A stretch of 64,000 bases of DNA from Oscillospiraceae bacterium (GCA_020025675.1 JAHHRS010000001.1:4812-68811); one strand, 5' to 3'; counted from the stretch's first letter, positions 1-8,784 are shown. Numbers and translations: made by a program. Notes: generated by a model not told the origin, from the letters alone.

Positions 1-1
1 G

Positions 2-1069
2 AGAACTCAGGCATGGGGCGCTATATCAAAGGACTATGCAAATGCACTGTGCATTTCCGGAACTCACGGTAAAACCACCACCACTTCCATGTGTACCCAT
101 ATCCTTATGGCTGCCGACAAAGACCCTACCGTTATGATAGGCGGAACTCTGCCTCTGCTTAATGCCGGTCACAGAGTAGGTCACGGCAATACCATAGTTA
201 TGGAAGCCTGTGAATATTATAATTCTTTCCTGTCATTTCACCCCACTGTGGCGGTTATTTTGAATATTGAAGCAGATCATCTGGATTTCTTCAAAGACCT
301 TGAAGATGTGGAGCGCTCTTTCAGAGCTTTTGCGTCCAGAGTTCCTGACGACGGTTATATAGTGGCCAATAGTGATGATAAAAACACTATGGATACCTTA
401 AAAAATATTGACAGGAAGGTTATAACCTTCGGTCTTAACAGCAGGGCTGACGTTTACGCAAGAAATGTACGCTATATAGGCGCAAACAGTGAGTTTGACA
501 TTATGTATAAGGGCAGACTCTTTACCAAGGTTACCCTTCATGTTCCCGGCGAACACAATGTTAAGAATGCACTTGCCGCTACCGCAGCTGCCATCTGTCT
601 TGGTGTTAAGCCCTATGCGGTAAAGTACGGCCTTGCCGGATTTACGGGAGCGGGCAGACGTTTTGAGTTTAAGGGGAAATTTAACGGTGCCGATGTTTAT
701 GATGACTATGCACACCATCCGGGGGAGCTGGGAGCACTGCTGGATGCCGTGGAAAAACTCAACTATAAACGTATAGTACTCGTATTCCAGCCCCATACTT
801 ATACAAGAACCGCCGCCCTTTTTGACGATTTCGTGGAGCAGCTAAAGAGACCTGATGTATTGCTGCTGGCTGAAATTTTTGCGGCCAGAGAGAAGAATAC
901 AATAGGAATTTCTTCTGCATCACTGGCTGAAAAGGTGGATGGGGCCAGCTTCTTCGGCAGCTTCCCCGAGCTTGAAGACGAGCTTAGACGAATTGCGTCG
1001 CCGGGTGACATTATTCTTACCGTTGGCGCAGGCGATGTGTATAAAATCGGCGAAAATCTTGTAAAGTAA
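2..1069 (+). CDS. murC: UDP-N-acetylmuramate--L-alanine ligase, 5'-truncated by window edge
   Basis: The frame is open from base 2. The upstream in-frame translation gives ISGTHGKTTTTSM, the Mur ligase P-loop. The rest matches the MurC middle and C-terminal domains (EADHLDFF, DDYAHHP). Confidence 0.9.
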   Translation, partial: RTQAWGAISKDYANALCISGTHGKTTTTSMCTHILMAADKDPTVMIGGTLPLLNAGHRVGHGNTIVMEACEYYNSFLSFHPTVAVILNIEADHLDFFKDLEDVERSFRAFASRVPDDGYIVANSDDKNTMDTLKNIDRKVITFGLNSRADVYARNVRYIGANSEFDIMYKGRLFTKVTLHVPGEHNVKNALAATAAAICLGVKPYAVKYGLAGFTGAGRRFEFKGKFNGADVYDDYAHHPGELGALLDAVEKLNYKRIVLVFQPHTYTRTAALFDDFVEQLKRPDVLLLAEIFAAREKNTIGISSASLAEKVDGASFFGSFPELEDELRRIASPGDIILTVGAGDVYKIGENLVK

Positions 1070-1131
1070 CCTAAAATTTTCAGACCTTCCATTTGCATTA
1101 TGTTAAGATTAGCTAAAATCACAAAAAATTG

Positions 1132-1160
1132 TTGACAAGTGTAATTCACTAAACTATAAT
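1132..1160 (+). promoter_or_regulatory. Consensus sigma-A promoter for the met leader/metNIQ transcript
   Basis: TTGACA (1132-1137), 17-nt spacer, TATAAT (1155-1160). Both hexamers match the consensus perfectly. Confidence 0.8.
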
Positions 1161-1193
1161 CGAGTTAAAGTTTTGAAAGGAGCGTACTGAGCT

Positions 1194-1298
1194 ATGCGTT
1201 TCGTATCTAACAGCAACAACAGCATGATGGCTATGATGTACATGATGAACATGTGCATGATGATGCGCGCGCAAAAATCCAGTTCGCCGACTTTCTAA
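1194..1298 (+). CDS. Met-codon-rich leader peptide (34 aa, MRFVSNSNNSMMAMMYMMNMCMMMRAQKSSSPTF)
   Basis: AAGGAG at 1177-1182 lies 11 nt before the ATG. Ten of the 14 codons at positions 11-24 are AUG. The ORF lies between a consensus promoter and a strong terminator directly upstream of metN. It is too short to appear in the ORF track. Confidence 0.6.
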   Translation: MRFVSNSNNSMMAMMYMMNMCMMMRAQKSSSPTF

Positions 1299-1334
1299 AA
1301 GCCATCAAAAGAAAATTTTTAATTTAAATTTTCG

Positions 1335-1375
1335 GGGCCGGGAAGCAAGCGAGCTTCCCGGCCCTTTTGTTTTTT
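1335..1375 (+). terminator. Intrinsic terminator / candidate attenuator between leader ORF and metN
   Basis: 12-bp perfect GC-rich stem GGGCCGGGAAGC (1335-1346) / GCTTCCCGGCCC (1353-1364) with a 6-nt loop, then TTTTGTTTTTT. The metN start is only 33 nt downstream. Confidence 0.85.
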
Positions 1376-1408
1376 CTAAAATACAAACTATTTTTGGAGA
1401 TGATTTAA

Positions 1409-2398
1409 GTGATTGAGCTAAAGCACATGTGCAAGACCTATAAGACTTCAAGCAGAGATATTGTTGCGCTGGACGACATCAATCTAAAAATTGAGGACGG
1501 AGATATATTCGGAATAATAGGCCTCTCCGGAGCAGGTAAAAGTACCCTTGTAAGGTGCATAAATCTGCTTGAAAAGCCAACTTCCGGTGATGTTATCATA
1601 GACGGAAAGAACATTACAGCCCTCAAGAAAAAGGAACTGTTAAAGCTCAGGGAATCAATAGGAATGATATTTCAGGGCTTCAATCTTCTGGAACAGAGAA
1701 ACGTTCTGAAAAACGTGTGCTTCCCTATGGAGATAGCAGGCGTAAATAAGAAAGAAGCCAGGGAGCGAGCAAAGGAGCTGCTTAAAATCGTCAGCCTTTC
1801 AGACAGAGCGGAGTCCTATCCCTCACAGCTCTCCGGCGGACAGAAACAGAGGGTGGCCATAGCAAGAGCCCTTGCAATGAAACCTAAATATCTTCTATGT
1901 GATGAAGCCACTTCTGCTTTAGACCCAACTACTACCCGCTCAATACTGGAGCTTCTGAAGGAAATTAACCAGAAAATGGGTGTTACCATTGTTGTTATAA
2001 CCCATGAGATGAAGGTTATAGACCAGATATGCGACAGAGTGGCGGTTATAGACAACAGCCGCATAGCTGAGGAGGGTAAGGTGAGTGACGTTTTCGCAAA
2101 GCCTAAATCAAGCATAGCAAGAGAACTTATTATCCCTCACGACAGAGCTGTTTTTGACACAAAGGGCGGCAGAAAGCTCCGCCTTACCTTTAATAATCAG
2201 TATTCAAACAGACCTGTAATCTCCGATATGGTGCTGGAGTGTCAGGCTCCGGTAAATATCCTCTTTGCAGACACAAGAGAATTTGAAGGAGCTATTTACG
2301 GACATATGATAATTGAACTTCCCAATGACAGCCGACAGGAAGAAAAAATAATTTCATGGCTCAAAGAGAGCCATATACAGTGGAGAGAGGAGGATTAA
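1409..2398 (+). CDS. metN: Methionine ABC transporter ATP-binding protein
   Basis: GTG start after GGAG. Walker A GLSGAGKST, signature LSGGQKQRV, Walker B LLCDEATSALD, and a C-terminal NIL (MetN regulatory) domain. Confidence 0.93.
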   Translation: MIELKHMCKTYKTSSRDIVALDDINLKIEDGDIFGIIGLSGAGKSTLVRCINLLEKPTSGDVIIDGKNITALKKKELLKLRESIGMIFQGFNLLEQRNVLKNVCFPMEIAGVNKKEARERAKELLKIVSLSDRAESYPSQLSGGQKQRVAIARALAMKPKYLLCDEATSALDPTTTRSILELLKEINQKMGVTIVVITHEMKVIDQICDRVAVIDNSRIAEEGKVSDVFAKPKSSIARELIIPHDRAVFDTKGGRKLRLTFNNQYSNRPVISDMVLECQAPVNILFADTREFEGAIYGHMIIELPNDSRQEEKIISWLKESHIQWREED

Positions 2399-2401
2399 GC
2401 C

Positions 2402-3082
2402 GTGCTTTCAGAAATGTTTTATAAGCTTTGGGATAATAATCTTATCCAGATGGGCATATGGGAAACAATTTACATGACGGTGATTTCAACAACCGTTGCC
2501 TACCTTTTAGGTTTGCCTCTGGGTATTATACTTAATGTTACCGATGATAAGGGAATTTGCCCTATGCGCTGGCTTAACAGAGTGCTTAGCGTGGTTGTAA
2601 ACTTCTTCAGAAGCATACCTTTTATAATCCTTATGATAGCAATGCTCCCTGTGGCAAAGCTCATAGTTGGTACATCATTAGGAAATAAAGCCACCATTGT
2701 AATGCTTATAATAGCTGCTGCCCCTTATGTGGCAAGAATGGTGGAGAGTTCCATTAAGGAGGTGAACTCCGGCATTATTGAAGCCGCCCAGTCAATGGGC
2801 GCAAGTAACTTCCAGATAATCTGGAAGGTGCTCCTTCCTGAGGCAAAGCCCTCCCTTATAGTTGGAGCAGTCATATCCATGGTAACTGTTCTCGGTTACT
2901 CTGCAATGGCAAGTACCATAGGCGGAAAAGGTCTGGGTCAGATAGCCGTTGTGTACGGACACCAGAGAGGAAATTCCGACATCATATGGATATGTGTATT
3001 TTTGACTGTTATTATCGTTCAGATAATTCAGGAGTTGGGTATGTACATTGCCCGACGGACAGATAAAAGAGTTAGAAACTAA
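2402..3082 (+). CDS. metI: Methionine ABC transporter permease
   Basis: GTG start 3 nt after the metN stop, with a GAGGAGGA RBS. Polytopic BPD-type permease in MetI position. Confidence 0.9.
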   Translation: MLSEMFYKLWDNNLIQMGIWETIYMTVISTTVAYLLGLPLGIILNVTDDKGICPMRWLNRVLSVVVNFFRSIPFIILMIAMLPVAKLIVGTSLGNKATIVMLIIAAAPYVARMVESSIKEVNSGIIEAAQSMGASNFQIIWKVLLPEAKPSLIVGAVISMVTVLGYSAMASTIGGKGLGQIAVVYGHQRGNSDIIWICVFLTVIIVQIIQELGMYIARRTDKRVRN

Positions 3083-3108
3083 GAAAGAAACATTTGGAGG
3101 AAATGAAA

Positions 3109-4014
3109 ATGAAAAAAACACTTGCAATTATTTTAGCACTTGTCCTTGTCTCAGCCCTTTTTGTGGGCTGCGGTGCAGAAAAAGCACCTGAGGAAACCCC
3201 TGCACCTGAAAATGCCGCCCCTGAAACCGCTGCAAACGAAACCGAAGAAAACTCTGCTGCTCCCGCAGAAGGCCTTGAAGTAATAAAGGTAGGCGCAAGC
3301 TCCGCTCCTCACGGCGTTATTTTGGAGCAGGTTAAGCCTGTTCTGGCTGAGGCAGGCTACGACCTTGAGATTGTTATTTTTGATGATTACATTCTCCCCA
3401 ACACCGCCCTCAATGACGGCGAACTTGACGCAAACTACTTCCAGCACACTCCTTACCTTAACTCCTTCAACGCTTCAAACAACATGGAGCTTGTTGCTGT
3501 TGAGCCTGTTCACTACGAGCCTTTCGGCATCTACGGCAAGGGCATTTCCGCTCTGACTGAGCTTAAAGAGGGCGCAACCATTCTTATCCCTGCTGATGAC
3601 TCCAACGAGACCAGAGCTCTTCTTCTGCTCCAGCAGGAAGGCTTGATTGAGCTTCCCGAAGGCGTTACCGCTGAGGGCAGTGTTACCACTCTGGACATTG
3701 TAAATGCAAACGGCTACGATGTTCAGGCTATTCCCGCTGACACTGTCTCTGCCCAGCTGGAGAACTCCGCAGACGGCACCATCGCAGTTATAAACGGCAA
3801 CTACGCAATTCAGGCCGGACTCAATGTTGCAGATGCACTGGCACTGGAGGCTGCTGACGGCGATGCAGCTCTGACTTACGCAAATGTTATTGCCTGCCGC
3901 AAGGGTGATGAAAGCAGCGACAAGATTCAGGCTCTCGTAAAAGCTCTTCTCACCGATGATGTTAAAAACTTCATGGACACTGAGTTCAACGGCGCAGTAA
4001 AAGCAGTATTCTGA
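3109..4014 (+). CDS. metQ: Methionine-binding lipoprotein (NlpA/MetQ family)
   Basis: I prefer the ATG at 3109 (GGAGG at 3096-3100, 8-nt spacer) to the track start at 3094. Lipoprotein signal with lipobox LFVGC and a low-complexity linker. The NlpA-family body includes ANYFQH and GNYA motifs. Confidence 0.9.
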   Translation: MKKTLAIILALVLVSALFVGCGAEKAPEETPAPENAAPETAANETEENSAAPAEGLEVIKVGASSAPHGVILEQVKPVLAEAGYDLEIVIFDDYILPNTALNDGELDANYFQHTPYLNSFNASNNMELVAVEPVHYEPFGIYGKGISALTELKEGATILIPADDSNETRALLLLQQEGLIELPEGVTAEGSVTTLDIVNANGYDVQAIPADTVSAQLENSADGTIAVINGNYAIQAGLNVADALALEAADGDAALTYANVIACRKGDESSDKIQALVKALLTDDVKNFMDTEFNGAVKAVF

Positions 4015-4115
4015 TTATAAATAACAGAAACAGAAAAAGCCTGTTTCAGCAGCTTAGCGCATTTTTTGTCTAAAATTATGGGGTCACTTCAGTGTACCCG
4101 GTGAAAAATAAATAT

Positions 4116-4187
4116 GGGTCTGATAGTGTGAAATTTGTCCGCAACAGCGGACAAGTTTAGCACAGCTCAGACCCCGGCCTTTTGTTT
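4116..4187 (+). terminator. Long compound hairpin with U-tract (first of two tandem terminators after metQ)
   Basis: Outer stem GGGTCTGA (4116-4123) / TCAGACCC (4167-4174). Inner hairpin TTGTCCGC (4135-4142) / GCGGACAA (4147-4154). Followed by TTTTGTTT (4180-4187). Confidence 0.5.
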
Positions 4188-4222
4188 AAAGCCCTGTCCG
4201 CAAGGACAGGGCTTTGCTTTTT
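4188..4222 (+). terminator. Intrinsic terminator after metNIQ
   Basis: AAAGCCCTGTCC / GGACAGGGCTTT, a 12-bp stem with a GCAA loop, then GCTTTTT. Confidence 0.85.
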
Positions 4223-4269
4223 ACGCACGTAGTTGTTTATAAAATTTTTGTCCGGCGGCATTTCCGGTA

Positions 4270-4298
4270 TTGAAAACCCTCTGCTTACAAATTATAAT
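4270..4298 (+). promoter_or_regulatory. Sigma-A type promoter for the 4357 gene
   Basis: TTGAAA (4270-4275), 17-nt spacer, TATAAT (4293-4298). Confidence 0.6.
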
Positions 4299-4356
4299 GT
4301 ATTCAAAATCAGGCTTTAAGCGTTGAATGGATATATAAGGAAAGAGAGATGTTTTT

Positions 4357-4860
4357 ATGAGCTCCGAAAAAAGGTACACAGCCGTTGCCCGAGTGGTTAG
4401 TATTGATACAACGAAGAAGGATCTTTCAGACGATAATTCGTACAGAAACACGGCCTTTGTGGAATTTACGGATTATAAAGGACAGCCGGCAAAGGGCTCT
4501 TTTACACTTCCCAAATCACCGCTGTACACTAAAATCAGGGTAAACAGTCAAGTGGAAATAGAGTATGATGATAGTATCATACCAGGCGGTTATACTGTTT
4601 TTCTTCTCAATCCGGAGCTTTATGAGCGTATACCTACTGAAGAGGAGCTGGCACCATACAGGCGCAACAGTAAGAGAGTGTTAAAGCAGAGTCTTATGGG
4701 CATTGCGGCGCTGTTCATAGCGGCAGTTCTTTACGGAATTACGAAAAGCTTTTTGGTGATTGCAGCAATGGTTGTTGTAACGTACTTTATTATGAAGTAC
4801 GGCTCGGAGCAGGAAAAGGCGGACTCCGACAAGTTCCTCAGCTGGTATGATGAGGAGTAG
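4357..4860 (+). CDS. Hypothetical membrane-anchored protein (soluble N-terminal domain, two C-terminal TM helices)
   Basis: 167-aa ORF with its own promoter and a downstream terminator. Hydrophobic stretch LMGIAALFIAAVLYGITKSFLVIAAMVVVTYFI. I recognise no family. Confidence 0.6.
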   Translation: MSSEKRYTAVARVVSIDTTKKDLSDDNSYRNTAFVEFTDYKGQPAKGSFTLPKSPLYTKIRVNSQVEIEYDDSIIPGGYTVFLLNPELYERIPTEEELAPYRRNSKRVLKQSLMGIAALFIAAVLYGITKSFLVIAAMVVVTYFIMKYGSEQEKADSDKFLSWYDEE

Positions 4861-4908
4861 AAATGGCTTGCGGGATAACAGAATTTTGAAAAATCAGGCT
4901 AAATAAAA

Positions 4909-4952
4909 AGCTACCGGGAATCGTTAAAAGGGCGGTTCCCGGTAACTTTTTT
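4909..4952. terminator. Bidirectional terminator between convergent genes
   Basis: Stem TACCGGGAA (4912-4920) / TTCCCGGTA (4936-4944), flanked by an A-tract upstream and TTTTTT downstream. Confidence 0.7.
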
Positions 4953-5010
4953 ATAAATCTTTTGTGTGGCCTTATAACAGCATTTTGCCACGGAACCTTT
5001 TATAGAAAGC

Positions 5011-6912
5011 TTAATCACGGCAGGTAAAAAGTATTACCTGTCGTTTTTTAGCTATCTGCCTTAATAGTTCTATGGCCTGATCATAACGCTCACGGTCAAA
5101 ATTAACCAAAGCATCATCAATTATCAGCGGGCAGGTTTCTCCCTTAGGAAGAGCAAGCTCGCATACGGCCAGCCGTACAGCCAGATATAAAAGGTCGTAA
5201 GTGCCGCTGCTCAAATACTGGGAACCTCTTGCAACCACGTCTTCTCCTGTGCGGGTAGAGGCGGAGAAGTCACGGTTAATAAGCACATCCTCATACTTTC
5301 CGCCTGTTACGGCGGACATATATTTTGCTGCCAGCTTACCTATTTCAGGTGAAAACCGGGTTTGCATTTCTTTGTCTGCTTCTGCAAGAGTGTTTATTGC
5401 AAGAGTGATGGCTGAGTATTCACCTTGGACCTGCTCGTATACCTCTTTCATACAGCCAAGCTCACTGGAGAGTACCAGCGGATCCCCCATGGCGGAGAGT
5501 CTGCCCTTCAGACCCGCTATCTGGGCGGATATTTGTTCTGCACGCTCTCTTGCGGAAGACAGTTCCCGGCTGAGCCTTGCGGCTTCGGAATTGCCGCCTG
5601 CAAAGTCAAGCTGGGAAAGAGCCTCGTTTTCAAGCTCAGCCTGTTTTTCGTGGGAAAGTGCATAGGCCTCTCTTGTCTCGTATTCATATTGCTCTGCTTC
5701 CTGTACGGCATTCCAAAGCTGGGAATGTTTATCCAGAATAGGATATATATCATTGATTTCCGATGCCCGGTATTTTTTCAGTATAAGCCTTGTTTGTTCT
5801 TTAGCGTTTAGGTCTGCCTGTTTAAGCTTAGCGTAACGCAGTAAAAGAACAACCGCAGCTACACAAAAAACAGCTGCCGAAATTATAAAGACAACATTAG
5901 ACTTTGAGGCATACAGTGCAGCAAACACTACGGCCAAAATAAAGCAGATAATGGCAGGTAATATTACGAAAAAGCTGTTGCTTCTTTTTTCCAGAGCCTT
6001 TAATTGCTCAACGTCCTGCTGAACCTCGCTTTGAAGCTCAGCGTTACTCCTGTCACCGAAACGGCTGGAACGCAGTTCCTCACGCCTTATGGACAGCTGT
6101 TCCATGGCTTTGTCATGTTCCTCACTGCGCTCTTTAAGCTCGGTTCGTCCTGTACTAAGGCGATTTAAAGAATCCTTCCGCTGACGCTTGCGGCTTTCGG
6201 TGACGCCAATTTCAAGATTTAAGCAATCCTGTCTGGCTCTTAAAAGCTGGGCCTCCATTTGCTCCAATGTGTTGAGAGCACCGCTCATCTCGTCTAACTC
6301 TTGTTGAGTCTCTTCAATTTTTTCCTCAAGTTCCGGTAAATACCCACGGCGGTTATAACGACGCTGACGCTGCCATGAGCGAAGCCGTTCATCACACTCT
6401 GTGTATGAACTTCCTTCCTCTCCGGTGGCTACTATGGCGCTTATTCTTTTTTCAAGTTCGGGACTTCCGTTTACTGCAACCTCGCCCTGCGGAATGTAGG
6501 CACTGCGATTAAAAACGTCTTTAGATACCCCTGTCAGTTCTTCGCCGGCATTTCCTGAATTTAATCCCTCAACCTTGGTGTTAGTTCCTGTATATACAGC
6601 TGAAAACTCCCTCATAGGGGCATTTTTTGCTCGGGAGCTGCGTGTTATTGTTATATCGCAGCCGTTTGAAACCAACTCCATACTGCCCTCCATTGGTGCA
6701 CCGGACCAGGGGGCATAGCGAAGTTTATCGGGCAGAGAACCCTTCTTAGCTCTCTCTGAGCTGTCAATGCCGTATAGCATGGCCCGTATAAAGGCACACC
6801 AGGTGGTTTTGCCGCTCTCATTGGGAGCGTTTATTATATTGAGTCCGTCGTGAAACTTCAGACTCTCGTTTTGCAGTTTTCCAAAGGAGGCTGTGGCTTT
6901 AGTAATCTTCAT
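5011..6912 (-). CDS. SbcC/YhaN-like AAA ATPase with coiled coil and central transmembrane hairpin
   Basis: N-terminal Walker A NAPNESGKTT and C-terminal Walker B LIIDDALVNFD. Long charged coiled-coil regions are interrupted by two hydrophobic helices (FFVILPAIICFILAVVFAALY, VVFIISAAVFCVAAVVLLL). The start overlaps the upstream nuclease gene by 14 nt. Confidence 0.8.
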   Translation of the reverse strand: MKITKATASFGKLQNESLKFHDGLNIINAPNESGKTTWCAFIRAMLYGIDSSERAKKGSLPDKLRYAPWSGAPMEGSMELVSNGCDITITRSSRAKNAPMREFSAVYTGTNTKVEGLNSGNAGEELTGVSKDVFNRSAYIPQGEVAVNGSPELEKRISAIVATGEEGSSYTECDERLRSWQRQRRYNRRGYLPELEEKIEETQQELDEMSGALNTLEQMEAQLLRARQDCLNLEIGVTESRKRQRKDSLNRLSTGRTELKERSEEHDKAMEQLSIRREELRSSRFGDRSNAELQSEVQQDVEQLKALEKRSNSFFVILPAIICFILAVVFAALYASKSNVVFIISAAVFCVAAVVLLLRYAKLKQADLNAKEQTRLILKKYRASEINDIYPILDKHSQLWNAVQEAEQYEYETREAYALSHEKQAELENEALSQLDFAGGNSEAARLSRELSSARERAEQISAQIAGLKGRLSAMGDPLVLSSELGCMKEVYEQVQGEYSAITLAINTLAEADKEMQTRFSPEIGKLAAKYMSAVTGGKYEDVLINRDFSASTRTGEDVVARGSQYLSSGTYDLLYLAVRLAVCELALPKGETCPLIIDDALVNFDRERYDQAIELLRQIAKKRQVILFTCRD

Positions 6913-8014
6913 GTATTATAAGCTCCTCTCCGTTATCAAGAGCGGCCAGCCCCCAGAGTGCCGCCTGCTCAATCTCCGCTTTCTCTTTTTCGCTTCCGGC
7001 CTTCCTGTAACTGTCGTGGAGCTTTTTAAGGAAAATACCTCTGAGACTGTCTTCACCGGCCTTTTCCCATATGGAACGGCGCTGTTTTGTTTCGTCTCTC
7101 AGCTGAAGCTCAAAGAACAGGTGGGAGAGCTTTTCATATAAACCCTTAATGTTTGGACTTTGCTCTGAATGACCTTTTAAAACTATGCGGTAAATGTCAC
7201 GGACGGTGTCATCAGGTAGCTGACTGTTAATGGCTATAATAGGATCGGAGTCGGTAATATCTACATTCATAATCTCATATCGACGTGATGCGATGGAGAA
7301 AGGGGTAAGGGTACAGTTATCATCTGACAGCTCAATTATGCTTACGGTTTTATCTCCGGTCTCATCAAAGCCCCTGCCCTCCGGACAGCCGGGCCATGAG
7401 TAGTAGGTGCTGCCGGCCTTTTTCAGGCCGCTTGCTTTATGAATATGTCCCAGCGCCACATAGTCCATACCGCTATTTTCAAGCTCTTTTTCACTTATCG
7501 GGTTATATACGGAGTCAGGATTTCCTAGCTCTCCGTGAATACACATAATATTAAAGTAATTCTCTTTTTTCTCTGCGCTGAAGTCTTTAAGCATCGGCCC
7601 GCTGTGACTGTCGGTAAAAGCGGCGCCGTAGATGACAGCTCCCAAACCGGGCATTTCAACTCTGTCAATTTTAGGCGAATTGAAAATATATACGTTTTCA
7701 GGCAGTTTAAGCCTTGCATATGGGCATTTTGGCGTATAATAGTCATGATTACCCGGAGCTATGAACACAGGTGCAGAGATATTTCCCAAAGCTCTTACAA
7801 GCTCCTCTCCGGTTTCATAGAAGGCTTTGGAGCTATCCAGCAAATCGCCGCTGAGTAACACCAAATCTACATGCTCTCTCTGACTCAGCTCCCCCAAAGC
7901 GGTCAGCAGCTCCCTCTGCTCCGCCCGCCGCACGGCGGCTTTGCTTCCGGGAAGCCCCTCAAAAGGGGAGTCAAGGTGAAAGTCCGCTGCGTGAAGAATT
8001 TTAATTTTGTTCAT
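6899..8014 (-). CDS. SbcD/YhaO-like metallophosphoesterase (nuclease subunit)
   Basis: Calcineurin-like motifs HAADFHLD, SGDL, GNHD and GHIH. I prefer the start at 8014 (MNKIKIL) because it forms an ATGA overlap with the ymdB stop. The track start at 8044 is an alternative. Confidence 0.85.
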   Translation of the reverse strand: MNKIKILHAADFHLDSPFEGLPGSKAAVRRAEQRELLTALGELSQREHVDLVLLSGDLLDSSKAFYETGEELVRALGNISAPVFIAPGNHDYYTPKCPYARLKLPENVYIFNSPKIDRVEMPGLGAVIYGAAFTDSHSGPMLKDFSAEKKENYFNIMCIHGELGNPDSVYNPISEKELENSGMDYVALGHIHKASGLKKAGSTYYSWPGCPEGRGFDETGDKTVSIIELSDDNCTLTPFSIASRRYEIMNVDITDSDPIIAINSQLPDDTVRDIYRIVLKGHSEQSPNIKGLYEKLSHLFFELQLRDETKQRRSIWEKAGEDSLRGIFLKKLHDSYRKAGSEKEKAEIEQAALWGLAALDNGEELIIHEDY

Positions 8015-8784
8015 GTCAGTCTTATCCCCTCTGCCTTGAGGCATTTACCTGTGCTTTCATCAATATCGAAAACACATCCTTCTAATTTACATGGGCCTTT
8101 AGCGCTTTCGTAGCGCCTTGGCGGGTCGCCCATAAATTTTCCTATACTTTGCTTGGCTTCCACACCTAAAACAGAATTTACAGGGCCTGTCATGCCCAAG
8201 TCGGTAATATAACCGGTGCCGTTGGGAAGGACGCAGGCATCCGAGGTCTGCACATGGGTGTGAGTACCCCAGACGGCGCTGGCCTTTCCGTCCAGCATGT
8301 ATCCCATAGCCCGTTTTTCACTTGTGCCCTCTGCGTGAAAATCTACCAAAACTATTTTTTCGCGTATTTCCTGAAAATAGCCGTCGGCAATAACAAAGGG
8401 GTTATCAGTGTTACTGTCCAGCGTGAACCGCCCCATAAGATTGAGCACGCAAACATCACCGAAGGGAGTGCGGAAAACCCCGATACCTCTTCCGGGACAC
8501 TGAGGACCGAAGTTAGCGGGACGGAGAATACTGCCGCAATCATCTAAAAACGGACGCAGCTCTGTTCTGGTCCATGTGTGATTTCCAAGTGTAATAACAT
8601 CGGCCCCGGCACGGAAGATAAACTCAGCCTGCCTTGGGGTTATGCCTACCACGTTTGCGTTTTCACCGTTTACCACAGTAAAATTGATGCCATGCATTTT
8701 CTTATATGAATTCAGATGCCTGTTCAGATACTCAAGCCCGGGCTCGCCACAAACATCGCCCACAGCTAAAATTCTGACGCTCAT
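8011..8784 (-). CDS. ymdB: YmdB-family metallophosphoesterase (2',3'-cyclic-nucleotide 2'-phosphodiesterase)
   Basis: ILAVGDVCG and VNGENA motifs with GNHTW, typical of the TIGR00282/YmdB family, at a typical length of about 257 aa. Confidence 0.88.
   Translation of the reverse strand: MSVRILAVGDVCGEPGLEYLNRHLNSYKKMHGINFTVVNGENANVVGITPRQAEFIFRAGADVITLGNHTWTRTELRPFLDDCGSILRPANFGPQCPGRGIGVFRTPFGDVCVLNLMGRFTLDSNTDNPFVIADGYFQEIREKIVLVDFHAEGTSEKRAMGYMLDGKASAVWGTHTHVQTSDACVLPNGTGYITDLGMTGPVNSVLGVEAKQSIGKFMGDPPRRYESAKGPCKLEGCVFDIDESTGKCLKAEGIRLT

Noticed and set aside
1161-1408. Expected an S-box (SAM-I) riboswitch or a Met T-box upstream of metN.
   Set aside because: I could not find the conserved S-box core, a T-box sequence with a specifier loop, or any long multi-helix leader. 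The region is instead occupied by the short Met-rich ORF and a single terminator. A covariance-model search is still needed to confirm this.
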